The position numbers and the translations under genes are program-made. 64,000 bases of DNA from NCBI GenBank assembly GCA_000146045.2, contig BK006934.2:256001-320000 (forward strand), given 5' to 3'. This document shows, in pieces, positions 36,626-46,760 of the stretch. The stretch is from TPA_inf: Saccharomyces. Taxonomy: Eukaryota. The first letter of the stretch is position 1. Each line of letters starts with the position of its first letter. A model generated the notes under the pieces. The model was not told the origin of the DNA, made no database searches, and saw nothing but the letters and a program-made list of their open reading frames with translations.

Positions 36626-36942
36626 GATTTTACGTATATCAACTAGTTGACGATTATGATATCTTTATAGATTTTAAGGTGGGGAAAGAACATGAGACCC
36701 CAGATGGAATTGATTATGGGGACATTGTTGCCTTTATATATAATTTCAATATACTAATTCAAATGATTAAAAACGTGAGGGGGACACGCAACTTCGGGTG
36801 TTAAGAAATATTTTGCTACATTAGATAATGGTGGAGTTTCCTGGCTTGTCGGATAAAAGCCATCAAATGTCGCAGCAGCTCATGTTTACGTTTGCTGTCT
36901 TCTGCCCACGTCATATGAGTGGTATTCTTCTATCAGCACTTG

Positions 36943-37271
36943 ATGAATATTCTTTTTCTCATATATCTGAAAGACAAAAGATCGGCACGGCAATGCCCTG
37001 CAGCATTTCTTCCTAGTTTTTCCGAATTTCCATTACGTATTGGATCTTGTGCGCATATTTGTCAGTCCTTCACGGAAAAAAAAAAAGAGCACTGGGTCAC
37101 TTCGGAAAAACTTTTGACTCAATGCAACAGTGTCATAATCCTTTGCGCTGTCTCTTTGAAGAAAAATCAGGAGTGCAAGATATCGATTAATTCCTTGGAA
37201 GTTATGATGGTTAGTCTTAGTTTAACTCTCTTGAAGAAGGGTTTTTTCAGTTGGTCAACACTCTTTAGAGG

Positions 37272-37303
<32 letters not shown>

Positions 37304-37437
37304 TTCTTCATGTAATTTACCATGATTCTACGTTTTTGCAAGCAAAAATGAAGATAATCCGAGCGCATGCGCAAGTAGTCCCTGCCATGCCGCTTCGGAA
37401 AAACTTTCGAAACCAATACTCCTTACATCCGCCTTGA
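36943..37437 (+). CDS. YHR095W, a dubious ORF (164 codons from the ATG) inside the HXT1 promoter
   Basis: The track ORF starts at GTG 36919; the first ATG is at 36943. The frame runs across the A26 tract (giving poly-Lys) and several Rgt1-type sites, so it is very unlikely to be a real gene. Confidence 0.2.
37283..37308. repeat. A26 homopolymer in the HXT1 promoter
   Basis: 26 consecutive A (T on the HXT1 coding strand) at 37283-37308. Confidence 0.95.
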
Positions 37438-38668
37438 ATTTAGGACCTACAATTGTTGTCTCTTCTGCTTGAACCAATAAGCCCTAGAAACCTTACACCC
37501 TAATTTGCACAAGAAAACTACGAAAAAATTTTTTCCTCTTTTTTCCGCAGCTCCAATCTCGCCCTGCTATTTTTTTGGTTCGGAGAAAAATAGTCGGTCG
37601 ATATGAATTGAAGTTTCATTGTGGCCACTCGTTTAGGAATGGAATAACCTCCGCGAATGGAAAAAAAGAACTCGGAATATCAAAAATTCCGGCTCAAAGG
37701 AAAAATTTGCTTCAGGAGGGGGGAATTATATTCCAGATGAGACCTGCAAGGATTTCTGTGTGAGGTTTTCTCGGAGGAATAATAGTTTTCCAAAAATTAC
37801 TTTTGGCAACTACGTGAATATAATTGACTACGGATATCCTTCGAGAAGGCCATAAAAAGAACCGTGACAGGGCCAAACAGAAAAATAATGAAGACAAGTT
37901 TGCTTTTTCTCTCACTGTATTTGAGGATCGGAAGCTTTTTGCACTGAAAATATTCTGGGTTAACAAGGTTTAAAGAAGCAAACTGCCACAAAGTATATGA
38001 GAGTATAACCGGACGGTACCTATACTTTGAAGTTGGAATAAATACGGGGTAGACAAAAAGGATGTGTTTCTGTATGTCTGATGAGAATGATGTCATCAAA
38101 GAACGTAAACAACAGTAACTGTCTATATTCTTGCTTTTTATTATGCGCTGTTACAGCAGGTAGCGGAGTTTTCAGTTCTTTCCCTAGTATGTAGTATGAA
38201 GGATAATACGGTAAAAGAACGGGGCTCTTGATTCATCATATAAATTTATTTTCCCCTGTTGAAACCTCGAGTAACCGTCCTCACTGTTTTATTACCAAGG
38301 ATGAGCTCGAGCAGTTGTAAGAGAGAAGTGGGCAGAAAAGTATAAGTAACAAGAAACGATATACAAGTTCTTGTTGTTAGGCGTAGCAACCCTTTCTCCC
38401 CTGGTTTGATCCTACTTAAAATAAAGAAAAAAAACAAAAACGTCATGATGATTTTGATATTATTAGACATACGTAATTTAGTTGAATTAAAGGAATAACA
38501 GGCAGCCCTATTAACCACGGACAAAATATCTCTGCATATGATTGCATTATTTGTAAACTATGAATGAACATATGAACGAAAACGATTAATATTAATATTA
38601 AAATTTGAAATGGTGCAATGCTGAACATTGCAAGTATGCGAAAATAGTTGATCCTACACTACAAGAGA

Positions 38669-40447
38669 TTATTTTTCTTTAGTGAACATCCTTTTATAAA
38701 ATGGTCTCGGATCATTTCTAGTAGCGTCTAGGTCATAATCTGTTGTTCTCCTAGATGGTGGGATCCATTTGGTAGACTTCCAAGGTAGCACATTTTCTTC
38801 ATACATTTCGTTGACTTCTTCTAATGTTAAGCCCTTTGTCTCTGGAACAAAGAAGAACACATAAAAGTATGCGAACACCATACAACCCATAAAGACATAG
38901 CCATAATAGAAATTGATTGCTGAAGTAATAAATGGAGTGAAAAAACTGATCAAGAACCCCCAAATCCAGTTACAGGCACTTGCAATCGACATTGCTTTAC
39001 CACGTACTCTTAAGGGATACGACTCAGAGATAAGGACATAGGCAACGGGGGCCCAAGTGGTAGCGAAACAGAAAATGTAGAAACATGCGAAAACAATCAT
39101 ACAGTTACCAGCACCCTTTGAAGATGGTTGATCTTGACCGTTTGGCCATAATCTGGTAACACCAACAGAGGCATAGACGACATAGCAACAAATCATACCT
39201 ACACAGCCCCATAACAAACAATTACGACGACCAAAACGATCGACGGTATATAGCGAGAAAAAAGTCGAAACAAAATTAACAACACCCAAAACAATAGCAG
39301 TTTCAAATGAATCTTCCAAACCAACAGCCTGGAAAATTGTAGTACCATAGTAAAAGAAGTAATTGTCACCTGTCAGCTGTTGTAAAGATTGAATCATCAT
39401 ACCCATTAGTGTACGTCTGAACATCTGGGGCTTACCAGTAACCAATTCCCCCCAAGAAGCAGAGCCCGCCAATCTCTCAGCTTCAATAGAAGACTGATAG
39501 TTCTCCATTTCTAAAGTTACTAAAGGAGAGTCTTCAGTGGTTTTGTTAGCTCTTGCTAAGGACCGCTTGGCCTCTTCAATTTTTCCCACTTCTACCAGAT
39601 AACGTGGGGATTCAGGAACGAACGTCATACCAACAATCATAAAAATAGACCATGCAAAGCATAAGCCTAATGGTACCCTCCATTGGACAGAGTTTGAGTA
39701 ATTCTTGGTACCAAAATTAGTACAATATCCCAAAAAGATACCGAAAGTGATCATTAATTGGTAACATGAAACCAGAGTACCACGCAACTGCTTAGGCGAC
39801 ACTTCAGAAATTAGCATAGGCGCCAAAACTGTAATACCACCAACGCCCAGTCCTGAGATGATTCTTCCAATGAAATATTGATACCATTTGTCAATGGAGG
39901 CGATTTGGATGATGATCCCAATTGAGTAAATGACGACAACAGTCATCAGACCAATCTTACGTCCATACATATCACCGAGCTTTGACAAAACTATACCTCC
40001 GATAGCGCAGCCGATGTTGAAAATAGAAACCATCAAACCGGTTCTGACATCGGAAAGATAGGTAGTCCCGTTTGCACGGGTGCTGCCAAATCGCCTAATG
40101 AAGTCTGTTTGCCTGACAAAACCAGATATAGTACCAGTATCCCACCCAAACACGAACCCACCAAAAGCAACCATCAAACAGCAGACGGATACAAATAGTA
40201 AATCCGACTTCGATTTCTTCTCTAGTTGTTTGTCAACCTCCTTCTGAAGCTCTTCCAGTTCGTCTTTGGGAGGGCCTTCATGGGAAATGTAACTTGAGAC
40301 GGGTTTAGCTTGTGCCAAATTATCGTTGTAACCGGCGGTACCAGGAGCAGTCGAGTTTCCTGACTTCTCGTTGTATGAGTTAGAATTTGTGCTCACAGTA
40401 GCAGACCCTTCCAAGGGGCCTTGATGAGCGTTTTCAAGTTCCGACAT
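38669..40447 (-). CDS. HXT5: HXT5, moderate-affinity MFS hexose transporter with a long N-terminal extension (592 aa)
   Basis: 592-aa sugar-porter MFS protein. Start ATG confirmed at 40447. Confidence 0.93.
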
Positions 40448-40560
40448 TCTTTCTTTACCTCTAATATATTCTTTTTTCTAGAAAAATAATATTTTTTGCT
40501 GGTTTTAACAAAGCTATGAAGTAAAATTGCAAAGTGAAAGCGAATCTTGTTTGCGTATAT

Positions 40561-40919
40561 TATATATAGAAAAATTATTCAATCGACTTTTCTCTTTCTT
40601 TTGATAGTTTCTTATTCTTAGAGGGAGAACCGTTCGACTAGCATGAAAAGAAAAGAGAGAGACTCTTTTATACGTGAAATCAAAAAGAAACCAAACTTGA
40701 GGTACTCTACTAATGATTCTGGCCCTCCTTTCTTGTTTACTCCGTGCCCCTAAAACTAATTAACCCATGCCCATATATTCATCCACACGACCATTAATAT
40801 TGAACATAAAGATATCATTTCACCAAGCAGTACTTCACTCAATAACAAGGTGTGAAATCCGGTATATTATTCCATCGCTATGAGTGCGGGATCAGAAAGT
40901 GAATTACTTACTGTCCCCT
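40561..40919. promoter_or_regulatory. HXT5 upstream region: a TATATATA element and two CCCCT STRE cores
   Basis: TATATATA at 40561-40568, about 115 bp upstream of the ATG (40447). CCCCT at 40747-40751 and 40915-40919, about 300 and 470 bp upstream. Confidence 0.45.
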
Positions 40920-41384
40920 AATGTGCACAGCCACGGGGAATGCGGATCAACTGCAGAGAAAAGGGCGCACAGAGTTAGAATGCATCCCTTAATCCGGGAA
41001 GTAACAGTAACACGTCATGCGGATGTTTCTTCGGTGGGTATGGGTCACAATTTCGTCCACCAGTACATCACAGCATGCTCTCATTTCTTTACTTTTTGCT
41101 AGCAGATGATTACTTTCATTTCGGGTGGGATGGGCCACCTTTTTAGTTTATCCTCCGGGATGCCTTAAACAAGAAAATGGAACAGTGGGGATAAGACCCA
41201 TAAAAAATCCGAAGTGATAAGTATTGATTGGTATATTCCCGTATCGGAGACCTTAACATAACATAGTGTAGTGATTTTGCGTATAGAAAAGTAACCAATA
41301 AAATAAGGTAAATATTGCTATATGAATGTAATAAATAAAATAATATATGGGCGCAACAAAAAGAACGCAAGAAAGAAGCATTGA

Positions 41385-42609
41385 TCAGTGCTTTTTACTA
41401 GTTTTCAAGCTTTTCACCCTCCTTAATAGCTTGTTGCCGGTGTTTTCCTTTTTAACAACATCTTCGTGACCGCTTCCTTGGGTGGCAGTGACCGGAACAG
41501 AAGTTCTATTATCGTCTACGTCCTTTTGCTCCAAGTGTCCACTATGTGTTTTCACTAGCTTTAAATTGTTGTTGTTCACTTGTAGATGTCTTCTTGAGGG
41601 GAGAGACTTTTTTCTTGCTATGCTGTTTTTCCTACGAGATTCTTGTGCGTGGTTGATAACATCTTGCTCTATGGCAGCGGAAGACGCTGGTGCGCCATCC
41701 AGGAACGTCGTTGAGCCTAGACCCATCGTAATGGGCCCATGGACTAGTTCAGTTTTCATTTTGGAATCGAACTGGGTAATATTTTTTGAATTCGGTTTAA
41801 TCGCATCCAAAGTCGTAGTACTGGAATTGGCCTTATTGAATAAATATGCTCTATCTTGTAGTTGGTTCAGCGTCTCAGAATCGTCGTCTACTGTTTCCCT
41901 ACCAAACACCTCATCTAAGGTAGACTTCTTACTTGTGCGGCCGCCTACTGTATTATTTGGACCATCTGCTGGGAAGGCCAGTACAGGCGCCACTTTATTA
42001 TTCTTATTTCTCTGTGGAGTGCATGCATCAAAGGGGCCGTCATGATGGAAAGATCCGCCAAATAATCCTGTAACATCCATCTTGTCAATAGTGTCTACAT
42101 TTTTAGGGGGCTTAACCTTGGTTCTGCTTTTGCTCTTCTGCTTATCTTTGTCCCTATGTCCGTGTGATGTACGACGATGGTGGTGGTGGTTGTGTTGGTG
42201 ACTATTTGAACCACTACTGCGTTTCTTTTCTTTTGGGTATGGAGCTTGCTGTTTCGGTGTCCCCGCAGCTTCTTCATATGATGGGAGTCTTTCTTGTCTA
42301 GAATTGGAAACGCTACTGTTATGGGCCCTCCTAGTGTCATCTTCATTTAAAAATGGGTTACTGCAATAATTATGGATTATCTCAATCGATTTTGAAAGGA
42401 GAAAAAGAGTTAAGTTAGTATTCTGAAGTAGTCATGACTGTTAGTTACACTGTAGTGCAATTTTGGGAGTGGAGCTACACATACTTATAATTCCTGGGCG
42501 TTTCATCCCTGCTTGATACTCTGTCCTCTGAAGGAGAAACTCTGAAGGGGTTAATCACTGTATTCACGCCATTTTGAGGACCGCCTATGGTCCTTCCTGT
42601 TTGATTCAT
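41385..42609 (-). CDS. YHR097C, a Pal1-related protein of unknown function. Spliced: join(42485..42609, 41385..42360), 366 aa.
   Basis: Exon 1 starts at minus-strand ATG 42609 (MNQTGRTIGGPQNGVNTVINPFRVSPSEDRVSSRDETPRNY). GTATGT donor at 42484; TACTAAC branch at 42420-42414; TTGCAG acceptor with AG at 42362-42361. Exon 2 runs 42360 to 41385 in the frame of the 231-aa track ORF, extended 94 codons upstream. Total 125 + 976 nt = 367 codons = 366 aa, the length I recall for YHR097C. Confidence 0.85.
42361..42484 (-). other. YHR097C intron (124 nt)
   Basis: GTATGT donor, canonical TACTAAC branch point and CAG acceptor, all read directly on the minus strand. Confidence 0.8.
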
Positions 42610-42814
42610 TTGCGTCTGTTTGATATAGTATTCTTTGGAAAAAACGCTTCTGAAATACAAAATAGTAGTAATTTTGCAAGATTTACCAGAAGACAGTCAA
42701 GAAAAAATAAAGATAAAAGAGGAAGCAAAGCTACAGTTTTATCCCTGTAATTATGAGATTCTCTCATCCTATGTAGAATTTCACCCTTTCTCTGCCTGCG
42801 TTTCACATACTGCC

Positions 42815-42828
42815 TTTTTTTTTTTTTT
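42815..42828. repeat. T14 homopolymer between YHR097C and SFB3
   Basis: 14 consecutive T at 42815-42828. Similar T/A tracts occur at 6101-6113 (T13), 15770-15781, 15841-15851 and 20436-20448 (A13). Confidence 0.9.
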
Positions 42829-43144
42829 GGCAGTATTCTCAGCATAGTCAGCGTTTCGCTGCCGAGAGCCCTTCTGTGGCTGGAACCCCACCAAAACACG
42901 AACCCAAAAATACTTCTCCTGTATTCCCCTTGATCAACGCCTTTCTACATGAGGAGGCGCAGGTGAATGCAGAAAGGCACAATATAGCCAACACGTAAAA
43001 ATCACAATCATATCAGTCTATTCATTCATTTACGTATTTAATTATTTAGTAATGGATATACGAACCGCATCGGCCACAGCCACAACAATATGTCGTTATT
43101 TCCAGTTTTCTGCGTGTAAGCACAGGGTCTCCTTTGAGCGAGGC

Positions 43145-45934
43145 TCAAAACTGCACAAATTTTTGATGGATATTTTCGTGAGTTGCGGCAGTCGAGACTT
43201 TAATGAAATCGTCTTTTTGAAGTTTTTCTTGAATTTTTTTATGCATTATCACCAAGTAATTGTCATATGATTCGATTCTGTTGACGGTCTTGTCCTCGCA
43301 AAGCAATTGACTCATCACATTACTGTAATATTGATCAACATTAGGCCTCAACAAGACTAACGGCAATGATGACTTGTTGACTACTTGTTGCCAGTTTTTA
43401 ATGACGTTTGAAGCCTTTTGATTAATACTAGTGCCCGTCTCAGGCAATGTTCCACTAAATAACGAAATTTGGCTGACGGGCAAGGATTCATCCACTGACA
43501 GCAGGTCTTGCAAGAGCATTCTATTGGTGTTCTCATTAAACCATAGATAGATAGTATCACCTTGGAAAATCAAGTAGCAACCGCCGTTAATGAAATTAGA
43601 GTGTGAGGCTCTTACAGATAGATTATTAATAGAGCTGGAGTTGATCTGTAATAATTTATCATTAGCATCGTAAAAGGTCAGATCAGTTTCCTCTAATAAT
43701 ACATGGAATGGCACAATTTGTGGATAAAGTTTGTAGCAAAGTTGTGCTGAGTTCAATGAATCGTACTTCAATAAATCATAAATTCGTTCATTACCACGGG
43801 TACTTTGAGCGTTTGGCTTCATTAATTCGCTTTTTTCAAATGCTAACATGTAAGCAGGCAATGTCTTTATAGAATCCGGCAGTATCAATTGCGTTGATGA
43901 GTTACTGCTAACCAATCCTCTATATTGGGTCAAGATTTCGACCATCTTGTCATCAATTAATCTTCTGATCTTTACAAAGTCACAATCACCGAGCGTCTTT
44001 ATGACATCTTTGATCATTATTCTCATGACAGGATTTTGATTTATAAACTTGAAAATTTCACGAATGTTATTAGATACCGCACCTGACGTGTTAATAGAAC
44101 GAACTTTTCTGACACCATCAATATCAGTATATAACAATGCAGTTTGGAAATGAACATCGGTTCCTGTTTTTATTTTACTGTCATATTTTAGTAAGACATC
44201 TAAGGTGGTATCTCTAGTCAATACAGGAATAATTGGATCATGATCCGTATTATCAGATGAATCGCAGTAGTACTGTTCCACAGATAGCCCAGTAGAACAG
44301 CGAACTTTCAATAAAGCTTGATAACCAACAATATTGGAGACATTTGTAACCATGTCGTTAACCAAAGTGAAGGCATCCGTCTCTTGTTGAAAGTGGGGAT
44401 AATATTTCAAAATACCGGAAGTCATCTCTACAGGATGGCCCACAGTGGCCATATCAATGAATCCCGCATTGGTCACATATAAATCTAAAGAAATGTAGGA
44501 TTTCAAAAAATCCGATGCTAATTTCTTATAGAACCCATTGTCGCATTTAACATGAGCAATGTGTGCATTGTCCCTTTTTAGCGATAAATTCCCGTTGCCG
44601 ATCGTTGGCAAGCTGTTCAAAGAACAAATAATCTTACCACCTTGCCCGCCAGTTACTGTGTCTAACGCTAATTTTGCGGCTTGTAAAGCAGAACCATAAC
44701 AGACTTGGGGTACGTGACTATACTTGTCGGTGGAGATGTAACCACTAATTTTTATCAATGTGTCATTAATGATTTTCATCGAGTTTCCGGGTTTAACAAA
44801 TAATCCATTATAAAATGGTAAGAAAACATCGTCCAATTCACTTACAATGTACTCTTGTGCATTATCTAAATCTGGTCTCAAATTAAAGAACCGCAACTTA
44901 TTATCATAAACGATTATAGCAACCTCACAATTTGGCTGGAAATCTGAAATATACTCAATACATGACCTGACACCTTCCACCATGGCTAAAGAACTTCCGT
45001 TCTCATTAGCTAACAATGAAACATCAATCAAAAACACGTAGTGTAGTGGTAAAAGCTCCTTCTCCTGAATAGCATTGTAAATACTTGGCACCAAGAAATC
45101 GACTGTTCCGTGCAATAACTCTGATTTTTCGTTCAAATCACTTCGTTGCCCATTGGGACCCATGGGCGCAAAATGCTCACCTGGAACTTGCATCTTAACT
45201 CTACAAATATTACAAATAACACTTGAATCATAAGTGAACTGAAATTTAGGATTAGCATACGCACGACAACGTCTACAACGCAAAGGCGTACCATCCATTG
45301 GTAATGGAATTGTGGGAACTTCTGCATCATTCGGTGTCAAAGTGGAAAATGGTTGGATGGTTAATCCAAGTGGTAGCTTCGTGGCGGCTCTCAAGTGTTC
45401 ACTTTCGGGGATGTTGTACATGGATAAACTCATCAAGTGCGGATCACATGAACCTTGGTCAACACAATAAAACTGGGTGGTCGGCAAGGGCGGAACAGAA
45501 TCTCTACAAGTTTCGAAAGATCGTTGTAAATATTGAGCTTGATCTTCAAATCTTTGAGTTGGAACAATGTGAGATGTAGGTTGAGGCGCTGTCATATCAA
45601 GCATAGATTGACCATATGGCGAGGAGGCCTCACTCGCACCGAATCGCTCTTGACTCACCATTACAGGCGTGGACATAACGGAACCCGAACCGTTGTTGAA
45701 GCCACCAAATTGCTTAGGGGTAAAGGCTTGAGGTTGTTGAAAACCATCCTGCTGATTCAATTGGGGTGTAGTGTAGGGTGAATTGCCCAAAGTAGGAACA
45801 GTGCCCGAGGAAAAGTTATGATATGCTCTGTGAGGTCTTCTACTTTTTTTGGAAGATGCTCCGCCCGTATGCACAGTAGATTCATCAAGAGAGAGCGCTG
45901 AAACACTAGCTGCCAAAATATTCTGCTGAGACAT
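43145..45934 (-). CDS. SFB3: SFB3/LST1, Sec24-family COPII cargo adaptor (929 aa)
   Basis: 929-aa ORF with a Sec23/24 zinc finger (CRRCRAY...CNIC) followed by trunk, beta-sandwich, helical and gelsolin-like regions. Confidence 0.94.
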   Translation of the reverse strand: MSQQNILAASVSALSLDESTVHTGGASSKKSRRPHRAYHNFSSGTVPTLGNSPYTTPQLNQQDGFQQPQAFTPKQFGGFNNGSGSVMSTPVMVSQERFGASEASSPYGQSMLDMTAPQPTSHIVPTQRFEDQAQYLQRSFETCRDSVPPLPTTQFYCVDQGSCDPHLMSLSMYNIPESEHLRAATKLPLGLTIQPFSTLTPNDAEVPTIPLPMDGTPLRCRRCRAYANPKFQFTYDSSVICNICRVKMQVPGEHFAPMGPNGQRSDLNEKSELLHGTVDFLVPSIYNAIQEKELLPLHYVFLIDVSLLANENGSSLAMVEGVRSCIEYISDFQPNCEVAIIVYDNKLRFFNLRPDLDNAQEYIVSELDDVFLPFYNGLFVKPGNSMKIINDTLIKISGYISTDKYSHVPQVCYGSALQAAKLALDTVTGGQGGKIICSLNSLPTIGNGNLSLKRDNAHIAHVKCDNGFYKKLASDFLKSYISLDLYVTNAGFIDMATVGHPVEMTSGILKYYPHFQQETDAFTLVNDMVTNVSNIVGYQALLKVRCSTGLSVEQYYCDSSDNTDHDPIIPVLTRDTTLDVLLKYDSKIKTGTDVHFQTALLYTDIDGVRKVRSINTSGAVSNNIREIFKFINQNPVMRIMIKDVIKTLGDCDFVKIRRLIDDKMVEILTQYRGLVSSNSSTQLILPDSIKTLPAYMLAFEKSELMKPNAQSTRGNERIYDLLKYDSLNSAQLCYKLYPQIVPFHVLLEETDLTFYDANDKLLQINSSSINNLSVRASHSNFINGGCYLIFQGDTIYLWFNENTNRMLLQDLLSVDESLPVSQISLFSGTLPETGTSINQKASNVIKNWQQVVNKSSLPLVLLRPNVDQYYSNVMSQLLCEDKTVNRIESYDNYLVIMHKKIQEKLQKDDFIKVSTAATHENIHQKFVQF

Positions 45935-46760
45935 GATGGTCCAATATTCTTCTGCAAATGGCCTCCTTAGTAACCCTCAAAATTACTAATTTCTTCAGTT
46001 GCAAGCTCCGATTTGGTTGAATCAGACCTAAGTTGTTACAGCGTACGTGTTTTTTTTATTTATTTATTTTCTAACATTTTTCTCTTTGGTTTTTCCAGTT
46101 TGATCGTTCCCACGTTGAGACGAAACGAAGGAAAAAAAAGAACATTTTTTTCGCATTGTGCACGGAAGGCTTCACCTTCAATAGGGCAAACAGAAGGACG
46201 AGCTGCATCACTTTTAGCCGCCACTAATCAACTCCTTCAGATAGATCGCCAGAACGCAAATAAGTGAAATTTGAAGATCAACTTGAATCAAAAAGCCAAA
46301 ACTAAGAATTGTACGCTACTCTGCCAGACAATATTTTACGGACACGCGCATTTCAAGACAAAGCCATAATTCATGCCTTTTCAACTAGCATCTGGACGCC
46401 GCTGAGATCATAGGAACAAACAAAACGCACGAAAATAGCTAACGCACGTATCGAATACCAAATCAGTCTGCATTTATTGTACCCTCAAATTACAAATTCA
46501 ACCAACAATTGTTCAAAAGACCACCTTGAATCTTGTGTTTCCTAATTTGGTAAGTGATCACGTGGTCAGACAGTTTTCCAGGTCAAACTGAAAAAAAAGC
46601 TCAAGAACCATTTTTCTTTAATAGCCTTTTTTAGTTGTATTCTAATAAACAACACCAACAAAATCGGAGGTATCACACGTAATTACATAAAGAAGATTAA
46701 ATTCAGAGAAGATCTATCACACGATATCTCCATAGTTACAAAGAATACCGCATTTTGCCG

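Larger units (their letters stand above)
36850..37587. promoter_or_regulatory. HXT1 promoter: six matches to the Rgt1 consensus CGGANNA, plus a TATA element
   Basis: CGGATAA at 36850-36856 (+). CGGAAAA at 37018-37024 (-), 37073-37079 (+), 37103-37109 (+) and 37396-37402 (+). CGGAGAA at 37581-37587 (+). TATATAAA on the minus strand at 36733-36740, about 110 bp upstream of the HXT1 ATG (36625). Confidence 0.55.

Noticed and set aside
37712-38628. Several 60-100-aa minus-strand ORFs in the distal HXT1 promoter / HXT5 3' flank
   Set aside because: Short, low-complexity frames with no supporting motifs. Most probably non-coding intergenic DNA.
41482-42045. 187-aa + strand ORF opposite YHR097C exon 2; 83-aa minus ORF at 42095-42346; 61-aa minus ORF at 42475-42660
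   Set aside because: The + ORF is antisense to the real gene. The 83-aa ORF is an alternate frame overlapping exon 2. The 61-aa ORF is exon 1 read through into the intron and starts at TTG. All are explained by the spliced YHR097C model.
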